From the NCBI GenBank assembly GCA_950097015.1, contig CATNEN010000008.1, positions 1,302,001 to 1,366,000 of the forward strand: a stretch of DNA of 64,000 bases. Direction: 5' to 3'. The stretch's first letter is position 1; every line of letters starts with the position of its first letter. The stretch is from Macrostomum hystrix. Taxonomy: Eukaryota; Animalia; Platyhelminthes. The notes beneath the pieces are model-generated. The model was not told the origin of the DNA, did no database searches, and worked only from the letters and a program-made list of their open reading frames with translations. A program made the translations under genes and the position numbers. This document shows positions 34,706-46,700 of the stretch, piece after piece.

Positions 34706-37700
34706 ATGGAGATTAACCTGTCAGCTTCAGCGGGTAAGACTAAGAAAAAATAATTGTCCAATCTGTACAAAAAGATTAAATTTGTACAAGATTGTTGAAA
34801 CTGTACAAGAATGTTGAATCTGTACAATAATTTTGAAACTGTACAAGAATGTTGAATCTGTACAATAATGTTGAAACTGTACAAGAATGTTGAATCTGTA
34901 CAAAAATGTTGAATCAGTACAATAATGTTGAATCTGTACAAGAATGTTGAATCTGTACAAGAATGTTGAATCTGTACAATAATGTTGAAACTGTACAAGA
35001 ATGTTGAACCTGTACAAGAATGTTGAATCTGTACAAGAATGTTGAACCTGTACAAGAATGTTGAATCTGTACAAGAATGTTGAATCTGTACACGTTTTTT
35101 TAGCTCCTTATGATCAAGATAAACAGTCCAAAGTTAAACATTTGGCTTACAAAATAATCAGAGTGAGAGAAAAGTGTTTGTCTTTCATTTCGATTAAAAA
35201 TTTCTTTCAGATCACGACAAATCTGTGTCGGGGCCGAATGGTGGCGGTGCATCGGCGCCTAAGGTCGGCAACTGCTTCATTAAATTTCCTTAGATGACTA
35301 AGTGCAATGGGAAAAATTTCCTAAAAAATCAATCAATTTTAGCAGACTGCATTGGCCACGCCTGGTGCCAAATCAGCGTTGCAAGCAACAGCAGCAGCAA
35401 CTAATGATAAAAAGCAGCAGCAGCAGCAGCAGCAGCAACCAAAGATTCGAGAATATCGACGGTCACAGGTGAATAATGATGGCACTAGTACTTTAATAAT
35501 GAATAGTTCTGCATACCACAGTGTGTTAAAAATTGGTTGTCTGTGTACACAGCCTCAAAAACTTTAATTATCGCACCGAAATTTCCATTGCAGTCGAAAA
35601 TAATTCGAGTAAGTTTTAAGTTTGAATTTGTTTTGTATTTTTTGTTGAAAATACAAGTTGTACTTTACAAGGTATGTAGTTTTTTCTCTTGGATATCTGT
35701 CTATGAAAAGTGCTAGAACTTTTCTTAGAATTTACAAAAAAAAGAAATTAATGTAGGCTATCTTCAAAAGTGTGTTCAATTTATTACTTAAATTAGTTAA
35801 CTGTTAGGTAACCGTTTAACTGTTAAAAGGTTATCTAGATCGTTTCTAAGAATTAGTTTTTTCTATGAACTAGTTTTAGAAAACTAGTCTTTAGCTTCCT
35901 AGAATGTGTATTTTATCCTTTCTCGGAATGTGTCTTTGATCGTTTCTTGTAATGTGTCTTTGATCGTTTCTTGTAATGTGTCTTTGATCGTTTCTTGTAA
36001 TGTGTCTTTGATCGTATCTTGTAATGTGTCTTTGATCCTTTCTTGGAATGTGTCTTTGATCGTTTCTAAGAATTAGTTTTTTTTCTAAGAACCAGTTTTA
36101 GAAAAGTAGTCTTTAGCTTCCCAAAATGTGTATTTTATCCTTTCTCGAAATGTGTCCTTGATCGTTTCTTGGAATGTGTCCTTGATCGCTTCTTAGAATG
36201 TTTATTTGATCGTTACTTGGAATGTGTCCTTGATCGTTTCTTGGAATGTGTCTTTGATCGTTTCTAAGAATTAGTTTTTTTTCCTAAGAACTAGTTTTAG
36301 AAAACTAGTCTTTAGCTTCCTACTCGTAGAAGGTGTATTTTATTGTTTCTCGGAATGTGTTCTTGATCGTTTCTTGGAATATGTCTTTGATCGTTTCTTG
36401 GAATATATCTTTGCTCGTTTCTTGTAATGTCTGATATTTTCTTGGAACTTGTCTTTGATCGTTTCTAAGAACGAGTCTTTGATCGTTTCTAAGAATGAGT
36501 TTTTTATCGTTTCTACAAAATAGTATTTCAAATAGTAATTGCTATTCCCAATAATCAGTTTTCACAAATTACATATTTATTCGTTACGTTTTGTGAATCA
36601 AATAGATCAAAAACTTTCCACGAAGAGAGGTCACTAATTATTTTTTAAATACGAAAAACTGATGCGACTCAAACAAAAAAATGCTAATTTTAAAAGAGCG
36701 GTGAACAATGACTTCAGATGGACGCCAGGCACTTGTACATGGCTGAGCGAATGGCACTGTTCCTTGGCGTGGAACCCAACCAATTGGAAGAGTGGATCAT
36801 GCAGGATCCGAAATTTTCCAAGTTCGATCGATTCTTTGCTGCCAACGGAGCTAAGACAATGCTATTCTATTTTCAGCAGAAGGTACTCATCGATAGCTTT
36901 TTAAAAAATGCAAAACTAGCTCAAAAATGTGCTCAAACTATTTAATGTATTTTATTCACAAAATTTATTAGCCCGGAGTCGCTAACGACGCCAAGCACCT
37001 GGTGATAAGCGATGGAAAAGATTATGTGAGTAAATTCGTTTTTGTATTTTTTTTATCCTGAATCATTTGCCAGTTTAACATAGATGAACTAGAATGGAAG
37101 CCAATCTTCCAGAGTGGAAGCCAATCTTCCAGAGTGGAAGCCAATCTTCCAGAGTGGAAGCCAATCTTCCAGAGTGGAAGCCAATCTTCCAGAGTGGAAG
37201 CCAATCTTCCAGAGTGGAAGCCAATCTTCCAGAGTGGAAGCCAATCTTCCAGAGTGGAAGCCAATCTTCTAGAGTGGAAGCCAATCTTCTAGAGTGGAAG
37301 CCAATCTTCTAGAATGAAAGCCAATCTTTCAGAGTGGAAGCCAATCTTCTAGAGTGGAAGCCAATCTTTCAGAGTGGAAGCCAATCTTCCAGACTGGAAG
37401 CCAATCTTTCAGAATGGAAGCCAATCTTCCAGACTGGAAGCCAATCTTTCAGAGTGGAAGCCAATCTTACAGTGTGGAAGGCAATCTTACAGTGTGGAAG
37501 CCAATCTTCCAGACTGGAAGCCAATCTTTCAGAATGGAAGCCAATCTTCCAGACTGGAAGCCAATCTTTCAGAGTGGAAGCCAATCTTACAGTGTGGAAG
37601 CCAATCTTACAGTGTGGAAGCCAATCTTACAGTGTGGAAGCGTGTTTCAGAAAGAAGTTTGTTTTTGGGCTGAAATCGCTGAAAGGGAACCCAAATCAGG

Positions 37701-40700
37701 GAAGCTGGAACCAAAAAATCTTCTGCAACCCCCTCCCAGCCGCTCTTGGGCGTCGCCTTCCTGTTCACCCGCACCACTCCGCGTGCCATCACGGCGCACA
37801 ACTATGCCAACGAGGTGAACTTCAGCTGTATGGACGCCAGCGAAGGCCGCTTGCTGGACGCCCTGGAGAGCTACCTGGGCGGCATCGTGCTGCCAGGCCT
37901 CGTCAACCTGTCAGACTGGGGTGGCCAGCTGTCCGCTTCGGCGCCAGGTGGCAGTTCAACTGGACGAGCCAAAATTGACGAATATCTGAGCGCTGTCCAG
38001 CGGCTGTTGGACTCCCTGGCCGGCGCCAAGGCCAGCATGCGCAGTCAGGTGCTGCTCAGCGACCCGCCCGAAGATCTGGCGCAGAGGGTGCACTCGCCCG
38101 TTGATCTGCAGCTCGCTGGTGAATCAGGGGGGCAAGAGAGGATGGAGGACTCTGATTGGTTGACAAAGGGGATGATAAGGGATCAGTTTGTAGTGATAGT
38201 GATGAGGTAGTGATGAGGTAATAAAAATAGTCATTGTGATGATGGGGATAATTTGTAAAACTAATTTCTAAACTAGTAAAGTGATGTTATAGTTACTCCT
38301 TGATGGGATTATGATGTCCAACTTGATGTAATATGTTTTACACTCCGAGGGAATAATTTGCAAACGGGGAAATAATTTTCAAACTGAGGGGAAAATTAAC
38401 AAACTGAGGGAACAATTTTCAAACTGAAGGGATAATTTGCTGACCGAGTGGCTAAAAGGACAAATTGACAGGCTAATTTACTAATTGTGTTGATAATTTT
38501 GTGAATTAAATTGAATAAAAGTAAAAAACTAATAATTTGTATTATTTGGAGATTTAATTTAAAATGGAGTGTGAATGGATATTTTGACTGACTTGGTAAC
38601 CTGAAGACGGAAGACAGGTTTTGGAAAATAATTGGATCATTTCTGAGATGAAGAGAAAAATTCTGTGGTCAACCCACCAATGCCAGTTCACAGCTCCGAG
38701 GCCCTAGAGAAGCTGGAGAAGCTGCTACTAAACTGGGCCAAAGAGATTGAGCAGGTCTTGAATGAGTCCGAACAGATCAGACGCGAGACAGACGACGTCG
38801 GACCGTCGGCTGAGCTCATCTACTGGAAGGGCCGCATGGCGAGGTTTAACAAGTGAGGCTACTGCTCTGCATCAAATCTGTATGGAAATTATATTGGATA
38901 TGATCTAAAGAATTCTAGTTTACACAGACTCAAAAGAACGCATCACAATGTCGTCCTTCTAACACTCAGCCTCCTGGAGCAGATGGCCCGGCCCGAGGTT
39001 CGCAAGGTGGTCGCCATGCTTCACAACGCCAAGTCGCGGACCCTGCGAGTCTGGCTGGCTCTGGACTCGCGCATCACTGACGCGGCCAATGAGGCACGGG
39101 ACAATGTCAAGTACCTGTACACGCTGGACAAATTCTTCGGCCCGCTAACGAAGAGCAACCCGGTGAATATGCGCGAGCACCTATCGGCCTTGATCAACGC
39201 GATCCGCATGGTTCACACAGTGTCGCGCTACTATAACACGTCGGAGCGCATGACGTCGCTATTTGTCAAAGTCACGAACCAGATGATCTTCGCCTGTCGG
39301 GCGCACGTTCGCGGCGGCATCAACGATGCCAACGGTAGTCTGTGGGATCAGCCGAGGGATCAGCTGGTAGAGCGCATGCGACAGTGCATCGACTTGAACT
39401 ACGACTACCAGGCCGCGTTTCGACGCACTCGCGATCAGCTGCATCAGACGCCACAGGAGCGCCAGTTCGACTTCAGCGAGAACTACATCTTTGGAAAGTT
39501 TGACACCTTCTGCCGACGACTAGTGAAGGTTATTGACAGCCTGCAGGTTGTGCAAAGTTTGCGAGGCCTTCTCGACATGCGCACAGAGGGCATCGAGCAG
39601 TTGATTGACAGCTACAAAGCGATAGGCGATTTCTTTCGGAGGCGTCAGTACGATCCCTTAGATCATCGAGCTGCCGACTTCGACGCCGATTACGACGAGT
39701 TCAAGCGAAGCGTCGCTCAACTGATCGCGTCGCTCTACGCGTACGTCGACGACATCTTCCAGCGACCGATGTCAGTGCCGCAGCAGCTGGCCGTGCTGGG
39801 TCGCTTCGAACGCATCGAAGGCGTCCAGTTCGACTGGAGCGAGAAGCACGCCCGGATACTGCGCACCTACGCTCGCGAGCTTGAGACTGTGCGGCAGCTC
39901 TACCAGCGCAACAAGGACGACCCGCCTGTGGGCAGAAATCTGCCACCGATTGCCGGCAAGATTGCCTGGTCGCGCCACCTACTCGATAAGATCGAGAAGC
40001 CCATGATGGTGTTCAAGCACCAGAAGAAGGCCATACTCCAGCTGCCGGAGGCTAAGAAAGTCGTTCGCGACTACAATCGCACAGCGGAGGTTCTGCTAGC
40101 GTTCGAGGTTCTCTACCATAAACAATGGCTGGCCAGGGTGCAGCAGTTCCACGCCAGTCTGAACTCGCCACTGCTCACTAAGGACTCAAACACTGGCCGC
40201 TTGACAATTAATTTGGACTCAACCGTGACTGAACTGCTTCGAGAGGCGGCCTACATGCGCCGACTCGGTCTGTCGGTGCCAGACCAAATTGTGCGCCTCA
40301 TGTTCTGCGAGATGGGCATTCGGGAGACACATAGAGAGTGAGTGTTGACACCGCGAAGCATAATCATAAGTGTTATTCAGTTTCCCCAGGACTTTGAGGC
40401 GATTTCCCCAGTCGGGACTTGCTATTTCTTGGTGCAATAATATAAAAATCAATTTCAGGAGGGCTGCGGAAATTGGCCCATCATTTGGTGACACTAGACC
40501 TGCCCATTCTGCTGACTCCTGAGCACACGCGCACACAGATATCGTATGCAGGCATTCACTCACACAGGGAGTGTACATCTGCCCTGACTTTCTCATCATC
40601 AGGCAATGTACCCTTTCACTGTGCGTTGAAGGTTGGCCTAGCCTTCTCTCTGCGGCTGCGCCCTAAATGAATATGGCCTCGCCGCGGAATCGAGCTCAGG

Positions 40701-43700
40701 GACGTTGGAGCGAGAGGCAACCGCTTTAGACCGCTCTGCCACCCCCACAATTTTTTGGGTGTTTGTTGACGGAATCTTTGGGGCTTGTCGCGTGACGACT
40801 CTGCACTACATTTTCTTGAGAGATTCGATGTTATGCTGAGTGTACACACAAACTGTGTCTTGAAGTCCAAAGGTTGCTTTCCAAAATTATCTCTAAAAAT
40901 CGATTTAGATTCCAAATATACTAGGAGGACTAGTATCCATTCCGTCATGTTCCAGTCTGGAAGAGACCCTGCGCGAGTTTGATATAGTCTGCTCCGGCAT
41001 TCCCGCACCGGTCCAGCCACTGATGAAGCCATTTAAAGAGCGAATCAATGAGACACTGGAGCCTGGACTTGGTCAACTCACGTGGATCTCCAGCAAGACT
41101 AGCGAGTGTAAGAGAGACCCGACTGATTTCTGTGCATTAGAGAAAACGGCGTTGAGCTCTTGATGTCCTCTTGGCTCTTTCAGACATAGCGAGTGTTCGC
41201 AGGGAAATAGCCAGCTTTCGCATTGTTGCCAAGCAATTAGCAGACATGATCCAGTGCCGGGTTGAGGCCCCGTTGGAGGAGATGTCGCTAACTGCGCTGA
41301 TTGATCTGCCAGACGAAGAGCCCATGACGCCGGACGAGTTTGTGGCGATGACCGAGTCGACCTGCGCTGAGGCGGCCGTCTACCTGAAAAAGTGAGCACG
41401 CTACGTAGACATTTAAAACTGTGAAGTATTGTTTTTATGTTTTTTTGTTAGGCTGTGTACAGTTGTTCAGTCCATGGACTGGGTGGGCTGCCACATTCAC
41501 CAAAATTTCTTCCCAAACGAATGCTAGTATCCATATGGTAGTTGCTGAACTGAAGCAATATTTAACAGTAGAACTACCAAGGGAGGGAATTCCCCCCCTG
41601 ACTATTTTTTTTGCTGCACCCGAACGGAACAAGTGCATCTTTCTGTTACCGAGGAATGGCACTCGGCAAAGAAGTACACTCTATCTATTTATAAATTCAA
41701 TTCTAAAAATATTTTTTTTCAGAAAAAAGTTTTTTTTGAGCCGTAGTGGCGCTTATTATACGCAAGGCTTTTAGAGAATTGCAAAAGGCTATCGGAGAAA
41801 ATCTAAGGAACAAGCCTCCCAAATATCTCTTTAGGCAAAGCCGTCTGGTTGAAGCGGCTGTCGACAGCGTTGTCCAGACCATACTAGAGAGCCTGCCCCA
41901 AGGCAAGCGGGTACAAGCAGACTCCAGCCAGACGTGGGACTGCCTGGTCGATCAGGTCAATGTCGGCGCTGCAGCCAACTCTGCGAATCCAGGCGGAGGC
42001 GGTAGTGGAGGCAGTAAGCGCCAACGCTGCCAGGAGTGTCAGTACTGTCTGGTGTTCGCCTTCCTCAGCTACTACACCAACCGGAACACGGAGGCGCTGG
42101 TTCGCTGCACACGGCTCAGCTTAGACAGCCTACGACGACGCGCGAATCGCTCGACGCGGTCCGGACAGACGACTGGCGTTGTTGGCGGCGGCGTTGGCAG
42201 CGATGAAGCGCGTCATCGAGGAGCGGCTCCATCGGCGTCAGCGATTAATCATCATGACGCCTCTGCGACGGCAACAACGTCGACATCGACGACAAAAACA
42301 GCGGCAGGAAGTAGTGGCTCATTGACAGTCGCATCGCCCTTAGCCGCAGGTCCGCTATTCAAAGCTGACGTCGTCCTTCAGCTGCCTCGCATTGTGGCAC
42401 AGCCGACACTGGACCAGACGCAGCAGCGAGTGAATCGAGCGGTCCGCCTGGTGTTGAAGATGGCCGCCGATCTGCCCCAGTGGCGCCACATGACCCTGAC
42501 GCAGCGTCAGCAGCAGCGCAAACTGCAGGAGGAGAGCGCTCGAGCCGAAGGTCGCGACGTTGACAAGATGACTCCCCAGGAACTTGAAGAGCTGAAGCTG
42601 CCAAGCGGGAGCGCTATCAAGCCGCTGCATCGGCTCATTGCGGATCACAAGGATGTGGCAAAGATTGTCTCACAGTTGAACTCGCTGATCGGCGGCGTGC
42701 GAAGCGCCGAAGATCGCGGCACATTCAAAGAGTTCTACCGCTTCCAGAGCTTGTGGATTGAGGTTGGTGATGGCGGCGATGCAAATGCCACCCCAGATAC
42801 TGCTTGCACCCTCGTATTATTGATACTCAATACGATCAACACAAACAAAACATAAAATTTAACTTTTTTTCTCAGGAAATCAATGTCAGAGTGAAGGAGT
42901 TTATGGACAGAAAGCCAACCCTATCTGACATGGCCGCAGTATTCAAGGATTTGTTTGTAAGTAGCTGCTTTGCACAAGTCCGTGCTCATGAGGTTTAGTT
43001 ACCAACTCAAGCAATGTAACACTGGATGAGTACACCGGCACACTCTCACCCGTGTGTACGTACATCTATCCTGACTTTCTCATCGTCAGACAGTGTACAA
43101 CTGTGCCTTGATGGTTTGTCCTCATGGGCCCAAATTGACCACCTGCCTACTCAGGAGACTGAAGGAGAGATCGGCAGCCTGCCCCATAGCTACCAGGTCG
43201 GCCCGATTCTCTACTGCACCGAGAGGCTCAAGGCCGCTTTGGCCGAAGAGTGCCGCGCTTGGCGCCTGGCCTATGGAAAGGCCCTCAACGAACGTTGCGG
43301 CCGCGCCATGGGCGAGGTTCTGGAATGGTTCGACAACCTCAAGAAGCTACTGGCCAGGCCGGTGCAGGATCTGGACGACGTTCGTGCGCACATGGCGGCC
43401 CTGGCTGAGGCTCGCGAAGGCGAGGTGCGGATCGACATGAGTATCGGGCCAATCGAAGAGACGTACGCCCTGCTCAGCAAATACGAGATCTTCTTCAACG
43501 ATGGCAACGCGGAGCGCGTGGATTCGCTCGCCTATGAGCGGACCAACCTGCAGGAGCAGTCGCGCAATGTGCAGGAGCACCTGCTGGATATTCAGCCGAA
43601 ATTTCGCGACGACCTACTGGCCGGCGTCGGGCTGTTTCGACGCGATCTGGCGATTTTTGTGGCCGACTACGACGCAAAGTGAGACATTTTGAAGACCATC

Positions 43701-46700
43701 AATGTTGTAAAATGCAGTCAAAAAGCAGAAAGTCTCTGTAGGCTCAGAGGGTGGGAGGTCGAATCTGAGCCCTGAGAAAACAGTTTGCCATCTCTGCAAC
43801 TTTACAGAGGTCCCAAGGTGCCGAACATCTCACCGGAGGAGGCCTCGGACCGGTTGGCCATATTCCAGGGTCGCTTCAACGATCTGTGGCGCAAGTACGA
43901 GACTTACACGGGCGGCGAGGAGCTGTTCGGATTGCGGGAGAGCGACTACCCCGAGCTGCAGCGGATTCGCAAGGATCTCAGTCTATTACAGAAACTATAC
44001 GGCCTCTACAACCAGGTGCTCGACACGCTGAACAGCTGGAAGGAGATCACCTGGTCCGAAGTGAACATTGAAAACATACGGCGCCAATTGGATTCGTTTC
44101 GCGATCGATGCCGACACCTGCCCAAAGCGCTGCGTACCTGGCAGGCCTACGTTGATTTGAGCAAGATCTTGGACGACTTCAGCGAGGTCATTCCTCTCCT
44201 GGAGATGATGTCCAGTGGCGCTATGATGCCGCGTCACTGGGAGCGCCTGGAGGCGCTAATAAAACAACGCTTTGATGTTGACTCGGAGACCTTCCAACTG
44301 CGCAGCCTCGTTGATGCGCCGCTGCTGGAGAAGAAGGACGACATTGAGGAGATCTGCCTGTCCGCCGTCAAGGAGAAAGAGATCGAGGGAAAGCTGAGGT
44401 GAGCTGCTGGCGGCCGGAGACACACAGAACTGACAGACACACAGAACTGACAGACACACAGAACTGACAGACAACCACAACTGTCAGCCAGAACTGACAG
44501 ACACAGAACTGACAGACACAGAACTGACAGACACAGAACTGACAGACACACAGAACTGACAGACACAGAACTGACAGACACAGAACTGACAGACACAGAA
44601 CTGACAGACAACTACAACTGTCAGCCAGAACTGACAGACACCCCGAACTTATGGAAAAATTAAATTTCCATCACTAAAAATATTCCAGGCAGGTGATCGC
44701 TGATTGGTCGGCAATCACCTTCCAGTTTTCCTCATTCAAAAGCCGCGGCGAGCTACTGCTGAAAGCTGACTCAGCCGGAGAGTTGATTGCCGCAACCGAG
44801 GATTCGCTGATGTCGCTCGGTTCGTTGCTAAGCAACCGGTACAATGCACCGTTTAGACTGAAGATCCAAGAGTGGGTATCGAAATTATCAGCCATCGCGG
44901 AGATAATCGACAACTGGCACCAGGTGCAGAACCTGTGGATCTACCTGGAGGCCGTGTTCGTAGGCGGCGATATCGCCAAGCAGCTGCCAGCTGAGGCCAA
45001 GCGATTCAGCAACATCGACAAGAGCTGGCAGCGGGTGATGCAGCGAGCTCACGAGATCTCCAACGTGGCGCAGTGCTGCACCGCTGACGAGACCCTGGCA
45101 CAGCTGCTGCCGCACCTGCTGGAACAGCTGGAACTGTGCAGGAAGTCGCTAACTGGCTACCTGGAGAAGAAGCGGCTGCTGTTTCCCAGGTTCTTTTTCG
45201 TGTCGGATCCGGCGCTGCTGGAGATTCTCGGCCAGGCCTCCGACTCGCATGCGATTCAGGTGGGTCCATTGAGTGCTGCGATTCAGGCGAAGGCAACAAT
45301 ACACCCAGAGTCGAAACGCTCGCCTAGACAGCCGGCGCTTTACCTTTTTACGAAGCCGGCCTTCCGATTGCAATGGGCTCATGACTGTTTAGTTTTTTAC
45401 TAATAATGGGAGCAAATCCTTTTGCCTCTCGCGCCAAGCTCCCTAGGTTCGATTCCGCGGCAAGGCTACATTTATTATGGATGCAGCCGCGGAGAGAAGG
45501 CTTGTGGGCTACCTTTAAGGGCCAAACTCCAAGGCGCAGTGAAAGTGTACTCTGCCTGACGATGAGAAAGTCTGGGCAGATGTACACACCTTTGTGAGTG
45601 TGTGCCTGCGTACAGTATCTGTGTTCGTGTGTGCTCAGGAGTCAGCGAAATGGACAGAGTTGCCTCCTAGCTGGCTGCGGGTCTAGAGTCACGAAATGAT
45701 GTAGCATTGCCCGCAGCTCTCCTGCAGTTATTACTATTTTGCTGATTGCCGAGAATTTCATGCAACGCGGTCCTCAAAAATAAGAAAGGCTACTTTTCTG
45801 AAGAGAACAATTACTACTATCTGTCATTCAACAATGCTTTTTAGGGCCATCTAACAAGCGTATTTGGTAATTTGAAATCGGCAATATTTGACGACAAAAC
45901 CTACGACAGAATTGTCTCTGTCAGTTCGCGCGAAGGCGAATGCATGCCGCTGGAATCGGCCGTGGCAGCCCAGGGAAATGTGGAGGCCTGGCTTGGCGAG
46001 TTACTGCGCAACTGTCGGGTGTCTGTGCATAGCAACATTCGCAGCGCCTACCGAGGCGTTCGGGTGAGTTAGTAGTAGCATTGTCAGTAGCCCTGTCAGT
46101 AGCAGTTGTACAACATGAAGCAGCAGAAGTAGAAACTGTCAGCAGTAGCCCTATTTCGACCTTGTTGCTTAGTAGTTATAGGTAGAAATTCGGACTACAT
46201 ATCGAGAAGTCCGGAGTTCGTATCTCAGCCGTAGGGAAGCAATTTGTTTTGAGTTCTTGAGTAAGACACTTGATTCCTCAATTGCTTCAGCTCACCCAGC
46301 TGTAACATAGGTACCAGCATCAGCTGGAGTGGACATTTGGATGGGTGAGGATTAGTAGCAGCAGCAGCAGCTGTGGGGGCCTGCAGGTAACGTCCATGAT
46401 GTGTCCACGGACCTAGTCGGCAGACTGGGATCGACCAATGACGTGCACCAACACCCGTTCCGCTGTCGCTCTCGACCGCCGCTTCTCTGGCCGGGTGGAA
46501 TGGGCACCCGGCGGAAGGCCATCTGCGGCACGTGCAGGTCATCGTCAACCAGCTGCGGGCTGGCTGCTGCCTACTGGCCGGGGCGATGAGACGCGGTGTC
46601 GGGCTGCCGCTTCGCCGCTGTGCCCGGACTGCGAACGGAACACCGTCTGCCATCTACTCTTCCATTGCCCGCGGGGCGACACCGTTGGGCGACATTTTGT

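Noticed and set aside
41108-41140. 33-nt ultra-short dynein intron
   Set aside because: Using the AG at 41140 creates an in-frame TAG. The acceptor at 41183 restores frame and homology.
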